This document shows, piece after piece, positions 45,346 to 54,643 of a stretch of DNA of 64,000 nucleotides. The DNA lies in contig CAZGPK010000003.1 in NCBI GenBank assembly GCA_964527115.1, forward strand, positions 13,189 through 77,188. Reading direction: 5' to 3'. Numbering within the stretch: the first letter of the stretch is position 1; each line of letters opens with the position of its first letter. The position numbers and the translations under genes were made by a program. The notes beneath the pieces are model-generated. The model was not told the DNA's origin. It searched no databases and saw only the letters and a program-made list of their open reading frames with translations. The stretch comes from an uncultured Gammaproteobacteria bacterium. Its GTDB lineage: Bacteria > Patescibacteriota > Microgenomatia > UBA12405 > CAZGPK01.

Positions 45346-46719
45346 TCAAAATTTTTCCGGATTCCACTTGATCCTCCACTGGTTGCCCTCTTTGATTGTT
45401 TCTACTTGATTAATGAGATTTTCTTTTTGAAAATTGAGATTGGTTAAACTAGATTGCCATTGGTCCTCAGTAATTTCTTTTTTGTCAGACTGGCTTAAGA
45501 TTTGGTAGGCGTCGCGATAGCGCCCTGATAAAAGCAATTGGGAAAAATTTTCGATAGTTGGTTTAGGGTCAGGGGAAAAAATAGGGAGCAAAAAAGGGAG
45601 ATAGCTTAAAAGAAGGAGGTAGAGAAGCCAGCTTTTGTTTTTAAAAAGATGGGTGGTAGTTAAAATTAAAAGTGGTACAAGGGGAACTAGATAACGAGGC
45701 CAGACATCAACTAAAGAATTGGAGAAAAGGTAAACCAGAGAGAGAAAAGCTAGATAAAGCCAAGATAAATTTTTCTTTGGTTTTGATTTTTTAAAAAGAA
45801 TGAAAAGAGACGAAATGGTTCCCAAGGGAAAAACGGCCGACCATTCAGTCATTTTCATTTTGACAAAACTTGCCTTTAACAAGCCTTTAAATTGGCCCAA
45901 GAAAATCATAGTAAAAATATTTAGAGGATAGTGACTGCCAGCGTGACCTTTTTGAAAATCAATTATTTTTTGGTGAAGTCTTAGCCAGGGAATGGGATTG
46001 GGGTGGCGAAAAAAATAGCAAAAGTAAGAGGCTAAGTAACCGCCAATAATAGTCGGTAAAAAGAGAAAACAGGAAGTGAGGCCTTTAATTCGCCAGATGA
46101 ACCAGAGATCAACTAAGGCAATAAAAGGGATATAGAAGGGTGGCTTGATACCAGCCATCAATCCCAAAAAGAAACCAGAAAGGAGAAGATCTTGGCTTTT
46201 CTTGTTTTTTCCAAATTGCAAAGTAAAGAGGAGGTGGGCCAGAAAGGCGATAAGGAGAGGTAAGTCCAGCATGGTTTGGGAGATTTGGACTACTATTAAA
46301 GGATTTAAGACAAAAAGATACAAAGATGGGTAGCTGATTTTTTTGTCCGGGAAAAGCAGGCGGGCAAGAGAGTTAAAAAGAAGAATAGCCAAGAGATAGA
46401 GAGTGAAGCTAGTGAGATAGGGATTAGTAAGATATTTGGCTCCTAGTCCGTATAGATATTTGCCGAAAGGAGGAACCCAATAATCAACATTAAAGGGATT
46501 TTCTCCGTTAACCAGGCGGTAACCGATATAGCGATAAACGCCCTCGTCTGAAATTTCCCTTTGGCTATTGGGGACATTCCACTGTGATTCGTAATAGTAA
46601 TTTTCCCAATAATCAGGTTCAAATTTAAACAGAAAAATATGGCGGTTAAAATAGGCAACAAAGGCAACGAAAATCAAAAGAAGAATTGGAAAAAATTTAT
46701 TGGTCGTTGGGCGGATCAT
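45346..46719 (-). CDS. Polytopic membrane protein, GT-C-like candidate
   Basis: The first loop has SDEGVYRYIGYRLVNGENPF...VPPFGKYLYG (a DE-type motif). About 11 TM and a small soluble C-terminal domain. Confidence 0.45.
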   Translation of the reverse strand: MIRPTTNKFFPILLLIFVAFVAYFNRHIFLFKFEPDYWENYYYESQWNVPNSQREISDEGVYRYIGYRLVNGENPFNVDYWVPPFGKYLYGLGAKYLTNPYLTSFTLYLLAILLFNSLARLLFPDKKISYPSLYLFVLNPLIVVQISQTMLDLPLLIAFLAHLLFTLQFGKNKKSQDLLLSGFFLGLMAGIKPPFYIPFIALVDLWFIWRIKGLTSCFLFLPTIIGGYLASYFCYFFRHPNPIPWLRLHQKIIDFQKGHAGSHYPLNIFTMIFLGQFKGLLKASFVKMKMTEWSAVFPLGTISSLFILFKKSKPKKNLSWLYLAFLSLVYLFSNSLVDVWPRYLVPLVPLLILTTTHLFKNKSWLLYLLLLSYLPFLLPIFSPDPKPTIENFSQLLLSGRYRDAYQILSQSDKKEITEDQWQSSLTNLNFQKENLINQVETIKEGNQWRIKWNPEKF

Positions 46720-46957
46720 TCTTGTTTTTTGCTTTGGAAATTTGGGGAAAAATTAGATCTAATAGAACAGAATAGTGGGAATAATGATTATGTTTAGTAT
46801 ATTAGTATTAGTATTAGTATAAGTTAAATAAGGGAAAAGATTTTGTTGATTTAATTTTTATTAAATTGCTTGATCGAAGTATAAAGCTGAAGTAGATAGA
46901 ATGAATTTACAGAAGAGTGGGGAGGATGAATTCTCTGGGTGGTGGTAAAATGAGAAA

Positions 46958-47896
46958 ATGGAAAGATTTGATTTGGTAGTAGTGGGAAGCGGACCAGCAG
47001 GATATACAGCAGGGATTTATGCGGCCCGGGCAGAGAGAAAGACAGCTATTGTGACGGGAATAAGTCTGGGGGGGCAATTAACGGAAACTAGCTTTGTAGA
47101 AAATTATCCGGGCTTCCCTCAAAAAATTTTGGGGCAGGAATTGATGGCAGCGATGAGAAAGCAGGCGGAGAACTTAGGCGCAAAGCTTTTCTTGGGAAAA
47201 GTAAAGGGAATTGAAAAAGACGGAGAGGGTTTTAAACTTGTTTTGGAGGAAGGAGAGGGGCTTTTGACCAGAGCGGTGATTGTAGCGGTGGGGGCGGCGG
47301 CCAGATGGCTTCAAGTGCCAGGAGAAGAGGAATTTAAGGGAAAGGGAGTGTCGGGGTGTGCCGTTTGTGATGGAGCTTTTTTCCGAGACCGGATAGTGGC
47401 AGTGGTGGGAGGAGGAGACTCAGCTGTAGAAGACGCCAGTTATGCGGCTAAATTTGCTAAAAAAGTGTATCTTATTCACCGAAGAGATGAACTTAGAGCA
47501 GGGGCGGCAGAGCAAAAAAGAGTGAAAGAGAATCCGAAAATTGAGATCTTGTGGAACAGCCAGGTGAAGGAGATAAAAGGGAAGGAGCGGGTAGAGGGTG
47601 TGGTTTTAGATATTTTGGGAGAAGAGAAAGAATTGGCATTGGACGGGGTATTTGTGGCGATTGGCCGGATACCGGCAACTGACTTTTTGAGAGGATTTTT
47701 AGAGCTTGGGGAGGCGGGACATATTGTAACTGGCAAAGGGAAGCTTTTAACAATGAGCAGTGTAGCGGGGGTATTTGCGGCCGGAGACTGTGTGGACCGA
47801 ATTTTCAGACAGGCAGTGGTGGCAGCCGGAGAGGGATGCAAGGCAGCAATGGAGGTAGAAAAGTGGCTGGACGAAAAAAAAGATAGAAGTGCTTAA
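46958..47896 (+). CDS. trxB: Thioredoxin reductase
   Basis: FAD motif VVGSGPAGYTAGIYAARA, redox centre CAVCDG and NADPH motif VVGGGDSAVEDA. Confidence 0.9.
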   Translation: MERFDLVVVGSGPAGYTAGIYAARAERKTAIVTGISLGGQLTETSFVENYPGFPQKILGQELMAAMRKQAENLGAKLFLGKVKGIEKDGEGFKLVLEEGEGLLTRAVIVAVGAAARWLQVPGEEEFKGKGVSGCAVCDGAFFRDRIVAVVGGGDSAVEDASYAAKFAKKVYLIHRRDELRAGAAEQKRVKENPKIEILWNSQVKEIKGKERVEGVVLDILGEEKELALDGVFVAIGRIPATDFLRGFLELGEAGHIVTGKGKLLTMSSVAGVFAAGDCVDRIFRQAVVAAGEGCKAAMEVEKWLDEKKDRSA

Positions 47897-49041
47897 GAAT
47901 AGACGGAGAGGATAAAGTTTTTAATTTTTTCTTGGAAGGCTTGAGGAGTGTAGTTGCGGGCGTGAGCACGGCAGGCAGAGGAGGAAATTTTTAAGCCTTG
48001 GAGACGGCGCAGAGCAGAGGCAACAGAGGAGGCAGTCATCTTAGGAAAGAGAACACCTGTTTGAGCATCCAGGACCGTCTCCCCTCCTCCACCTATGGCA
48101 GAGGCGACAACAGGAGCGCCACAAGCCTGGGCTTCTAGAGAGACAATACCAAAGTCTTCATTGTCAGAAGTAAAAAGATAGGCTTTACAGGTAGAAAAAA
48201 GTTCTTTTTTCTTTTGGTTTGAGATTTCGCCTAAGAATTCTACTTGAGGGCCGGCTAGGCTTTCCAGTTCTTTTTGGTAGCCGGCAAAGTCACGTCCAAA
48301 GATTTTTAAGGGTAGATTAAGCTTAGAACAGGCTTTTATGGCCAGATCATAACGCTTGGCACGAGCAAGGCGGCCGCCAGCCAAGTAAAAGGATTCCCTT
48401 TTAAGGTTTAGAGGCTTGGTGCTGGCCAAGGGAACGGGGGGGTTAATAATAACTGCTTTTTTCCCGTAGAAACGGTGAATGCGATCGGCAACTGTTTGAG
48501 AGTTGGCGATAAAATAATCAACCTTTTGGGCGGAGAGGTAGTCAAGACGGCGCAGGAAAAAGTTGATAAAAGTAGCCAAAGAATTTAAGAGAGGGTATTT
48601 TTTTAAGCTTCTGGCAGTAGGGAGACCGTAAAGATAACGGGGGGGGGTGTGACAGTAACAGAGATGAAGAGGTTTTTTAGCGGGGCCACGGCTTCTTATC
48701 AGGTTGGGGAAGTAGGCACCGGTAGCAGAGGTAATAAGCAGGTCATAGGCGGAAAAATCCCAGAGAAGGAAAGCCAGAGGAGAAAGAAGACGAAGAGGAG
48801 AAATAAGTTTGCGGGCAAGGGGGATTTTTTGAAAGAAACTAGTTTGGATGCGGCCCTGCCATTTTTTCTGAAGGCGAGCAGCATGAGGGCCTAAAAAGGA
48901 AGGAAGGTAAAGGGTAGTATAGATTTTTGAGGAAGGGAAAAGGTCGGAGAGATTTTCTAAAACAAGCTCGGCCCCACCCCACTCTTTTAAGTAATCGTGA
49001 ACTAGGGCAACTTTGAGGCTAGTAAGGCTTTTTTTAGGCAC
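47893..49041 (-). CDS. GT4-family glycosyltransferase
   Basis: EX7E region EDFGIVSLEAQACGAPVVAS. N-terminal VALVHDYLKEWGGAE. Confidence 0.8.
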   Translation of the reverse strand: MPKKSLTSLKVALVHDYLKEWGGAELVLENLSDLFPSSKIYTTLYLPSFLGPHAARLQKKWQGRIQTSFFQKIPLARKLISPLRLLSPLAFLLWDFSAYDLLITSATGAYFPNLIRSRGPAKKPLHLCYCHTPPRYLYGLPTARSLKKYPLLNSLATFINFFLRRLDYLSAQKVDYFIANSQTVADRIHRFYGKKAVIINPPVPLASTKPLNLKRESFYLAGGRLARAKRYDLAIKACSKLNLPLKIFGRDFAGYQKELESLAGPQVEFLGEISNQKKKELFSTCKAYLFTSDNEDFGIVSLEAQACGAPVVASAIGGGGETVLDAQTGVLFPKMTASSVASALRRLQGLKISSSACRAHARNYTPQAFQEKIKNFILSVYS

Positions 49042-49196
49042 TGGGAATTAATTTTCTTTTTTAAAAAGTAAGGTGCTTTATTATAACCTAAGCAACTTTT
49101 AGGGAGATGGCAACTTGCACTGAGCTTTTAGATACTTTTTTGGATCTTTCCTCCAAGCTTTCTTTTTTGAGAAAATCTGGTAAGAGGTGGAAAAAC

Positions 49197-49225
49197 TTGA
49201 CAAATTTGGATAATTTTGATATATT
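49197..49225 (+). promoter_or_regulatory. Near-consensus sigma70-type promoter
   Basis: TTGACA (49197-49202), a 17-nt spacer, then TATATT (49220-49225). Confidence 0.6.
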
Positions 49226-49232
49226 ATGGGCC

Positions 49233-49294
49233 AGGAATATGGTTTAATCCATATTCTTTTTATGGTTCTCCGCTAAGGGCGGAGAATTTTTTTT
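49233..49294 (+). promoter_or_regulatory. Leader with two consecutive terminator-like hairpins (attenuator or short sRNA)
   Basis: Hairpin 1 is gaatatgg/ccatattc (49235-49256) followed by T5. Hairpin 2 is ttctccgc/gcggagaa (49266-49286) with a 5-nt loop, followed by T8. Confidence 0.55.
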
Positions 49295-49323
49295 GGAGAC
49301 TTAGAAAGATAAAAGAATTAAAA

Positions 49324-50040
49324 ATGAAATTGAAAATAAAAATGAAAATGAAAATGAAAAAATTAGAGTCGAAGAAAATAAGGAAATGGCTTCTGAAAAC
49401 CCAGAGGCAGGTCGGGGTTTGGGGTAAAAAATCTTTAATGGTTTTGAAAAAAACTGAGATTTTGGGAAAGACACTGCGCTGTCGTGAAGGAAGCAAGGTA
49501 AGTCGTTTCTTCAGAGTTTTGCTGGAGGGACAAGCTTTGGGTAAACAGAAGGCGAGAATTTGGCTCATGGTAGCTGGATTGTGGCTGGCGGGAGTGCCAC
49601 TGTCACGAAATGCTAGTATTGCTAAAATTGAGCCTAATTTGGCGATTGAAGCGGTGACAGTAACGGAAAGCAGCTTCCAAAATCCTTTGGGGTTAGCCCA
49701 GTACCAAAAAAGCCAACATTTTGGCTTTTTGCACCCGGGGGTGGACATGGCCGCCGATAAGGGAACAGCTGTTTGGGCAGTGGCCCAAGGAGAGGTGGTG
49801 GAGGTGAAAACCGGAGGTTGGAGTGGATATGGGAATGTGGTTTGGGTGGAACACTATCCTGGACAGGTTTCACTGTACGCCCACTTGGACAAAGTGCTGG
49901 TAAAAGAAGGACAGGAAGTGGATAAGGGAAGTGTCCTGGGGACTGTGGGAGACACGGGTTGGTCAACAGGAAACCACTTGCACTTTCAGATTTCAGAAAA
50001 CGGGGTATGGATGAATCCGGAAAGACTGATAAGTCTTTAA
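49324..50040 (+). CDS. M23-family peptidoglycan metalloendopeptidase
   Basis: HPGVDMAA (H...D) and GWSTGNHLHFQI (HxH). Start moved to M37 (ATG 49324) because the track start lies inside the promoter. The N-terminus is MKLKIKMKMKMKK. Confidence 0.8.
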   Translation: MKLKIKMKMKMKKLESKKIRKWLLKTQRQVGVWGKKSLMVLKKTEILGKTLRCREGSKVSRFFRVLLEGQALGKQKARIWLMVAGLWLAGVPLSRNASIAKIEPNLAIEAVTVTESSFQNPLGLAQYQKSQHFGFLHPGVDMAADKGTAVWAVAQGEVVEVKTGGWSGYGNVVWVEHYPGQVSLYAHLDKVLVKEGQEVDKGSVLGTVGDTGWSTGNHLHFQISENGVWMNPERLISL

Positions 50041-50053
50041 GGGGCTTTCAAAT

Positions 50054-50080
50054 AAAACCCCCGGGAAACCGGGGGTTTTT
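50054..50080. terminator. Bidirectional intrinsic terminator
   Basis: In aaaa-cccccgg-gaaa-ccggggg-ttttt the 7-bp GC stem has a GAAA loop. It lies between the convergent M23 and groEL genes. Confidence 0.85.
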
Positions 50081-50115
50081 GATGACTCTTAAATGTATGT
50101 AAATAAACGAAAGAT

Positions 50116-51753
50116 TTAGTAACCCATACCGCCAGACATAGGAGCGGTTTGTTTTTCCTCTTTTTCGGGAATCTCGGTGACGAGAACGTCGGTGGTAAGA
50201 ATCATGGCACCGATAGAGGTAGCATTTTCCAAAGCGGAACGGGTAACTTTGGCGGGGTCAAGAATGCCAGCCTTGGCCATGGACTCAAGCTCACCCGTGA
50301 GGGCATTGTAGCCAATATCGGTCTGAGGGCTTTCCTTTAGGGCAGCTTGGACCTGGCGAAGAATCGCGCCGGCATCTTCGTCACAGTTGCTGGCAATTTG
50401 GCGAAGCGGTTGCTCCAAAGCGTAGCGCATAATATCAACACCGACTTGCTGATCTTGGTTTTCCATCTTGAGATTGTCCAAGACTTTGGCGGCCTTAAGA
50501 AGAGCAACTCCTCCGCCTGGCAAAACACCTTCGGCAGCGGCAGCTTGAGTGGCTCCAACAGCGTCTTTTACTCGTTCTTGGCGCTCTTTTAGCTCGACTT
50601 CGGTGGCAGCACCAACTTCAATGACAGCCACACCGCCGGCAAGCTTAGCGAGGCGCTCTTGAAGTTTTTCCTTGTCGTAGTCAGAAGTGCAACGATCAAT
50701 TTCCTTTTTAATCTGGGCTACGCGAGAGGCAATCAGATCGGCACGACCAACACCACCTATAATTTGACAGCTGTCTTTGTCGGCAATAACACGAGCAGCT
50801 CGACCACAGTCTTCTAAAGTAACGGATTTTAGCTCACGACCAGCATCTTCGGAGATAACGGTACCGCCGGTGAGAATGGCGATATCAGCGAGCATGTCTT
50901 GGCGACGATCACCAAAGCCCGGGGCCTTAACAGCTAGGACATTGAAGGCACCACGCATTTTGTTGACAACAAGAGTGGCTAAGGCTTCAGCCTCAATATC
51001 ATCGGCGATGATGACAAAATTTTTGGTTGTTTTAACGGCGTTTTCCAGAAAGGGAACAATTTCCTGGACGGAGGAAATTTTCTTGTCAGTGATAAGAATG
51101 AAAGGATCTTCTATTTCCGCTTCCATCCGGTCGGGATTGGTAACGAAGTAGGCAGAAACGTAACCTTGATCAAATTCCATCCCTTGGGTGTATTTGATAT
51201 CAAGTTCCAGTCCTCGGCCTTCTTCAACGGTAATAACGCCATTTTTACCAACTTTTTTCATAGCTTCGGCAATTTTTTTACCAATTTCCTCGTCAGAGGC
51301 AGAAATGGTGGCTACTTGAGCAAATTCTTCTTGGTCTTTAATAGGCTTGGCCATTTTCTTAAGTTCAGCAAGGACAGCAGAGAGAGCTTTTTCCAGGCCT
51401 TTTTTAATTTGCATGGGATTGGCTCCAGCGGTGATATTTTTGATACCACGGGTAACAATTGCCTGGGCTAAAAGGGTAGCAGTAGTAGTACCGTCGCCAA
51501 CTTTATCATTGGTTTGAGAGGCGGCCTCTTTAACAAGTTGGGCACCCATATTGGCAAAGGGCTCTTCCAGATCAATTTCTTTGGCAACGGAGACACCGTC
51601 ATGAAGAATACTGGGAGCACCCCATTTCTTGTCAATACCAACGTTTCTGCCTTTGGGGCCCATGGTAGTGACCACCGCTTTAGCTAAAATATCAACACCT
51701 TTAAGCAGGGCTTGGCGAACTTCATCGCCGAAAATTATTTGTTTGGCGGTCAT
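50116..51753 (-). CDS. groL: Chaperonin GroEL
   Basis: 545 aa with GPKGRNV and [10 protein letters not shown] motifs and a C-terminal GGM-type tail (SGGMGY). Confidence 0.97.
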   Translation of the reverse strand: MTAKQIIFGDEVRQALLKGVDILAKAVVTTMGPKGRNVGIDKKWGAPSILHDGVSVAKEIDLEEPFANMGAQLVKEAASQTNDKVGDGTTTATLLAQAIVTRGIKNITAGANPMQIKKGLEKALSAVLAELKKMAKPIKDQEEFAQVATISASDEEIGKKIAEAMKKVGKNGVITVEEGRGLELDIKYTQGMEFDQGYVSAYFVTNPDRMEAEIEDPFILITDKKISSVQEIVPFLENAVKTTKNFVIIADDIEAEALATLVVNKMRGAFNVLAVKAPGFGDRRQDMLADIAILTGGTVISEDAGRELKSVTLEDCGRAARVIADKDSCQIIGGVGRADLIASRVAQIKKEIDRCTSDYDKEKLQERLAKLAGGVAVIEVGAATEVELKERQERVKDAVGATQAAAAEGVLPGGGVALLKAAKVLDNLKMENQDQQVGVDIMRYALEQPLRQIASNCDEDAGAILRQVQAALKESPQTDIGYNALTGELESMAKAGILDPAKVTRSALENATSIGAMILTTDVLVTEIPEKEEKQTAPMSGGMGY

Positions 51754-51832
51754 TTTTTTGTCCTTTTAAAAAATATTATTTAAATTTTAATTTTTGATCC
51801 TTGTTTGATCTTTGGTAAAGCAAAAATAAAGC

Positions 51833-52135
51833 TTATCCAATAACGGCAACGATATCTTCAAACTTAACAAAGAGAAGGTCTTCCTGGCCAATACCTTGGG
51901 AAAACTCGGTACCGCCCCATTTTTTATAGATAACTTTTTGGCCTTTGGCGGCCGGGCTTTTTACTTCTTGGCCATCATCGTAAATGGCGGCACCGGTGAC
52001 TAAAACTTCACCAATTTGAGATTTGTTCTCGTGGGAGTCGGGTAGATAGATACCGGACTGGGTTTTTTTGGCTTCGTCGCTTGGCTTTATTAAAAGATAG
52101 CCAGGGGCGGGCTTTATTTTTTTAAGATCGATCAT
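51833..52135 (-). CDS. groS: Co-chaperonin GroES
   Basis: 100 aa. IKPAPGYLLIKP...GEVLVTG...KVIYKKWGGTEF is typical of Cpn10. Sits upstream of groEL. Confidence 0.95.
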   Translation of the reverse strand: MIDLKKIKPAPGYLLIKPSDEAKKTQSGIYLPDSHENKSQIGEVLVTGAAIYDDGQEVKSPAAKGQKVIYKKWGGTEFSQGIGQEDLLFVKFEDIVAVIG

Positions 52136-52191
52136 GGGTTGCTTCCTTTTTGATATTTTTAAAAAGAATAATAATTTTTAAGGCTAAAACT

Positions 52192-52218
52192 TTAGCAGTC
52201 TAATGTTTAGTCTGATAA
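52192..52218 (-). promoter_or_regulatory. CIRCE-like inverted repeat (putative HrcA operator)
   Basis: The minus strand reads TTATCAGAC-N9-GACTGCTAA, against the consensus TTAGCACTC-N9-GAGTGCTAA (6/9 and 8/9 matches). It lies immediately downstream of the promoter. Confidence 0.5.
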
Positions 52219-52219
52219 A

Positions 52220-52247
52220 AATATATCACAGGCGTCAAGAGTGTCAA
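52220..52247 (-). promoter_or_regulatory. groES-groEL promoter
   Basis: The minus strand reads TTGACA (52247-52242), a 16-nt spacer, then TATATT (52225-52220). Confidence 0.55.
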
Positions 52248-53119
52248 GGCGCTAGGTTGAAAAAGGCAAAATGATGAGCAACTTCCTCCCCTGCTCTTTT
52301 TTTGGGGAAAAGATAAAGATATTGGAGAATAAAAGCAAAAAAATTTACAAATGAGAGGAAAAAATTTATGGAGAAATGTCTGGTAGTTGCTGAGAAGTGG
52401 GCCATAAAATGGGAGTAAAACTCAGGGTAAAAGGTAGACAACCAGGGGTTAGCTTTTAAGAAAAGGGGCCAGATTTTCTGGGGATCGTAGATAATTTTTG
52501 CCAAAACAATGTCAGTGGCAACAGAGAGGCTTTGACGAGAGGGGGGAAGAGAAAGAGAGGCTGTTTCCAGAAAAAGATTGGGGCAGAGATCATTGGGCCG
52601 AGGGGAATGGCGCGCGCGACGAAGAGGGATTTTGTGAAGAGAGGCACTAAAGCGAAGAAAAAGGCGAGTAAGCCAGAGAGAGTGGGGGCGGGAGATAAAG
52701 AAAAGATCAATGTCATCGGCCGGGTGGGCAAGGCCGGTAGCAACAGAACCACTGACACCAACCAAAAGAAGACCCGGGAGAGTGGGCCAAAGAGATTTAA
52801 AATTGATAAGAGATTTTAGTTTTTTTTGGGCAGTTTGTTGGCGAGCTTTCCAGATGGCGGGGCGAAGAGCAAGTGAAGGCGGATAAAGATAGGGGCCTTT
52901 TTGACAGAGAAGATTTTGGGATTTTAATTTAAGAATGAGAGAGTGAGGTTTAAACGGGGGAGGGAAAAAGAGGGAAAGGGTAGAGAGAAAAAGAGGTGAG
53001 CGATGACGAGCAAACAAGGCAAGAAGATTAAGGAAAGGTTCTGGTTTGGAATTTGTACTGGGAGACATAAAGATTTCGGGTATAATACCTGATAAGTATT
53101 TTAACCTCTTTGTTTTCAA
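52244..53119 (-). CDS. Pol-beta-superfamily nucleotidyltransferase-domain protein
   Basis: VGVSGSVATGLAHPADDIDLFFI matches the GS.a.G.....SDIDL minimal NTase motif. The start may be M18 (53068). Confidence 0.5.
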   Translation of the reverse strand: MKTKRLKYLSGIIPEIFMSPSTNSKPEPFLNLLALFARHRSPLFLSTLSLFFPPPFKPHSLILKLKSQNLLCQKGPYLYPPSLALRPAIWKARQQTAQKKLKSLINFKSLWPTLPGLLLVGVSGSVATGLAHPADDIDLFFISRPHSLWLTRLFLRFSASLHKIPLRRARHSPRPNDLCPNLFLETASLSLPPSRQSLSVATDIVLAKIIYDPQKIWPLFLKANPWLSTFYPEFYSHFMAHFSATTRHFSINFFLSFVNFFAFILQYLYLFPKKRAGEEVAHHFAFFNLAP

Positions 53120-53122
53120 GAA

Positions 53123-54643
53123 GTGATGATAAAAAAAATTTGGAGTAATCCAGAAAAACGAAAAAGGCTTTGGGAGATTTTACCTGGGGTTTTGACTTGG
53201 AACGTAATTTTGTTTCCTCTGTGGGGGGCGTTTGTAGTACCCCGGGCAGTTGCCTATTTCATGATCGCTTTTTTGGTTTACTGGATGTATCGCTCTTTTA
53301 AGTCGGCTCTTTTGGCGGTTTTAGGTTACTATAAAATCCGGGCGGCAGAAAAAACGAACTGGAGAAAAAAGTTTGCCAGAGACTACAGAAAGGGGTGGCT
53401 GAAGTGGAAAGAGGTGGGGCATGTCATTATTATTGCCTCCTATAAGGAACCAATTTTGGTAATTGAGGAGCTGGTGGAAAGCTTGGCAAAACAAAAACAG
53501 ATTGATTTAAAGAGTTTGTCGGTGATTCTGGCCCAGGAAAAAAGAGCAGGAGAAGAGAATAACCGAAAAACAGAGGCTTATTTTAAAAAGAAATACGAGG
53601 GGATATTTGGAAGACTGATGTTTACCGAGCATCCCCCGGACTTGCCGGGAGAGATAAAGGGGAAAGCGTCTAATGAGACTTGGGCGGCTAAAGAATTTAC
53701 CAAGGAAGTGATAAAGAAAATTGGTTTGGATATGAAAAAGCTTACCTTAACGACAACTGACGTCGACACAGTATTTCACCCTTTATATTTTGCCGCATTG
53801 ACATATCATTTTTGCCGGGATGAGGATCGCTATATCCGCTTTTGGCAGGCTCCCCTTCTCTGGCATACCAATATTAGACGGGTACCGGCTCCAATTAGAG
53901 TAGTGGGAGTGATGGGCAACATGATGCACGTCGGAGACGTTCAGGAGCCGGATGGATTAATTTTTAATTATTCCTGCTACTCGAGCAGTTACCGATTAAT
54001 CGACTCGGTGGGTTACTGGGATACAAATATTATCCCCGAAGACTGGCATATATTTTTACAGACTTTTTTTGGAACAGGGGGACAGGTAGAGGTGAAAGCA
54101 TTATTTTTGCCCAATCGAGTAGGAGCACCTGACGGGGAAAGTTATGTGGCGGCTTTGAAAAATAGGTATAGCCAGACAGTGCGACACGCTTGGGGAGCAA
54201 CGGATATAAGCTACATGATCGAAAACTCAATAGAGCATAAAGAGATCCCCTGGCTCAGAAAACTACCCAGAATTTATCGTCTTTTTAAAACTCATTTAAT
54301 TTGGTCTAGTAACTGGTTTATCTTGACACTGGGGGCCAGCTTACCGGTGACTTTAAACCGAGAATTTTTTCAGACAACAATCGGGTTTAACCTGCCGAGA
54401 TTTTCTCAGACGATTTTGACTATCTGTCTTTTACCGCTTTTTGTTTTGATTGTCTTGGATTGGAAGCTTAGACCTGAAGAGGTAAGACCAAAAGGGATAA
54501 AGGAGATATTTTTTAATATTGCCCAGTGGCCTTTAATGCCATTGGCAACGCTTTTTATGGCGGCATTGCCGGGATTGGATTCTCATACTAAACTAATGAT
54601 GGGAAAAAGAATTGACTATGTCACAACTAAGAAAAAAGCTTAA
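53123..54643 (+). CDS. Membrane-embedded GT2-like glycosyltransferase (synthase-type)
   Basis: N-terminal TMs. VIIIASYKEP, TTTDVDTVF and IIPEDWHIF segments and a Q..RW-like YSQTVRHAWG. C-terminal TMs. Confidence 0.55.
   Translation: MMIKKIWSNPEKRKRLWEILPGVLTWNVILFPLWGAFVVPRAVAYFMIAFLVYWMYRSFKSALLAVLGYYKIRAAEKTNWRKKFARDYRKGWLKWKEVGHVIIIASYKEPILVIEELVESLAKQKQIDLKSLSVILAQEKRAGEENNRKTEAYFKKKYEGIFGRLMFTEHPPDLPGEIKGKASNETWAAKEFTKEVIKKIGLDMKKLTLTTTDVDTVFHPLYFAALTYHFCRDEDRYIRFWQAPLLWHTNIRRVPAPIRVVGVMGNMMHVGDVQEPDGLIFNYSCYSSSYRLIDSVGYWDTNIIPEDWHIFLQTFFGTGGQVEVKALFLPNRVGAPDGESYVAALKNRYSQTVRHAWGATDISYMIENSIEHKEIPWLRKLPRIYRLFKTHLIWSSNWFILTLGASLPVTLNREFFQTTIGFNLPRFSQTILTICLLPLFVLIVLDWKLRPEEVRPKGIKEIFFNIAQWPLMPLATLFMAALPGLDSHTKLMMGKRIDYVTTKKKA

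Noticed and set aside
46795-46823. A (TATTAG)n microsatellite in the intergenic region upstream of trxB.
   Set aside because: It is a short AT-rich simple repeat of 3-4 units with no associated structure or conserved partner. It is probably incidental.
49216-49323. The N-terminal 36 codons of track ORF 49216..50040.
   Set aside because: The TTG start lies inside a TTGACA-N17-TATATT promoter, and the segment contains an intrinsic terminator. The M23 gene more plausibly starts at 49324.
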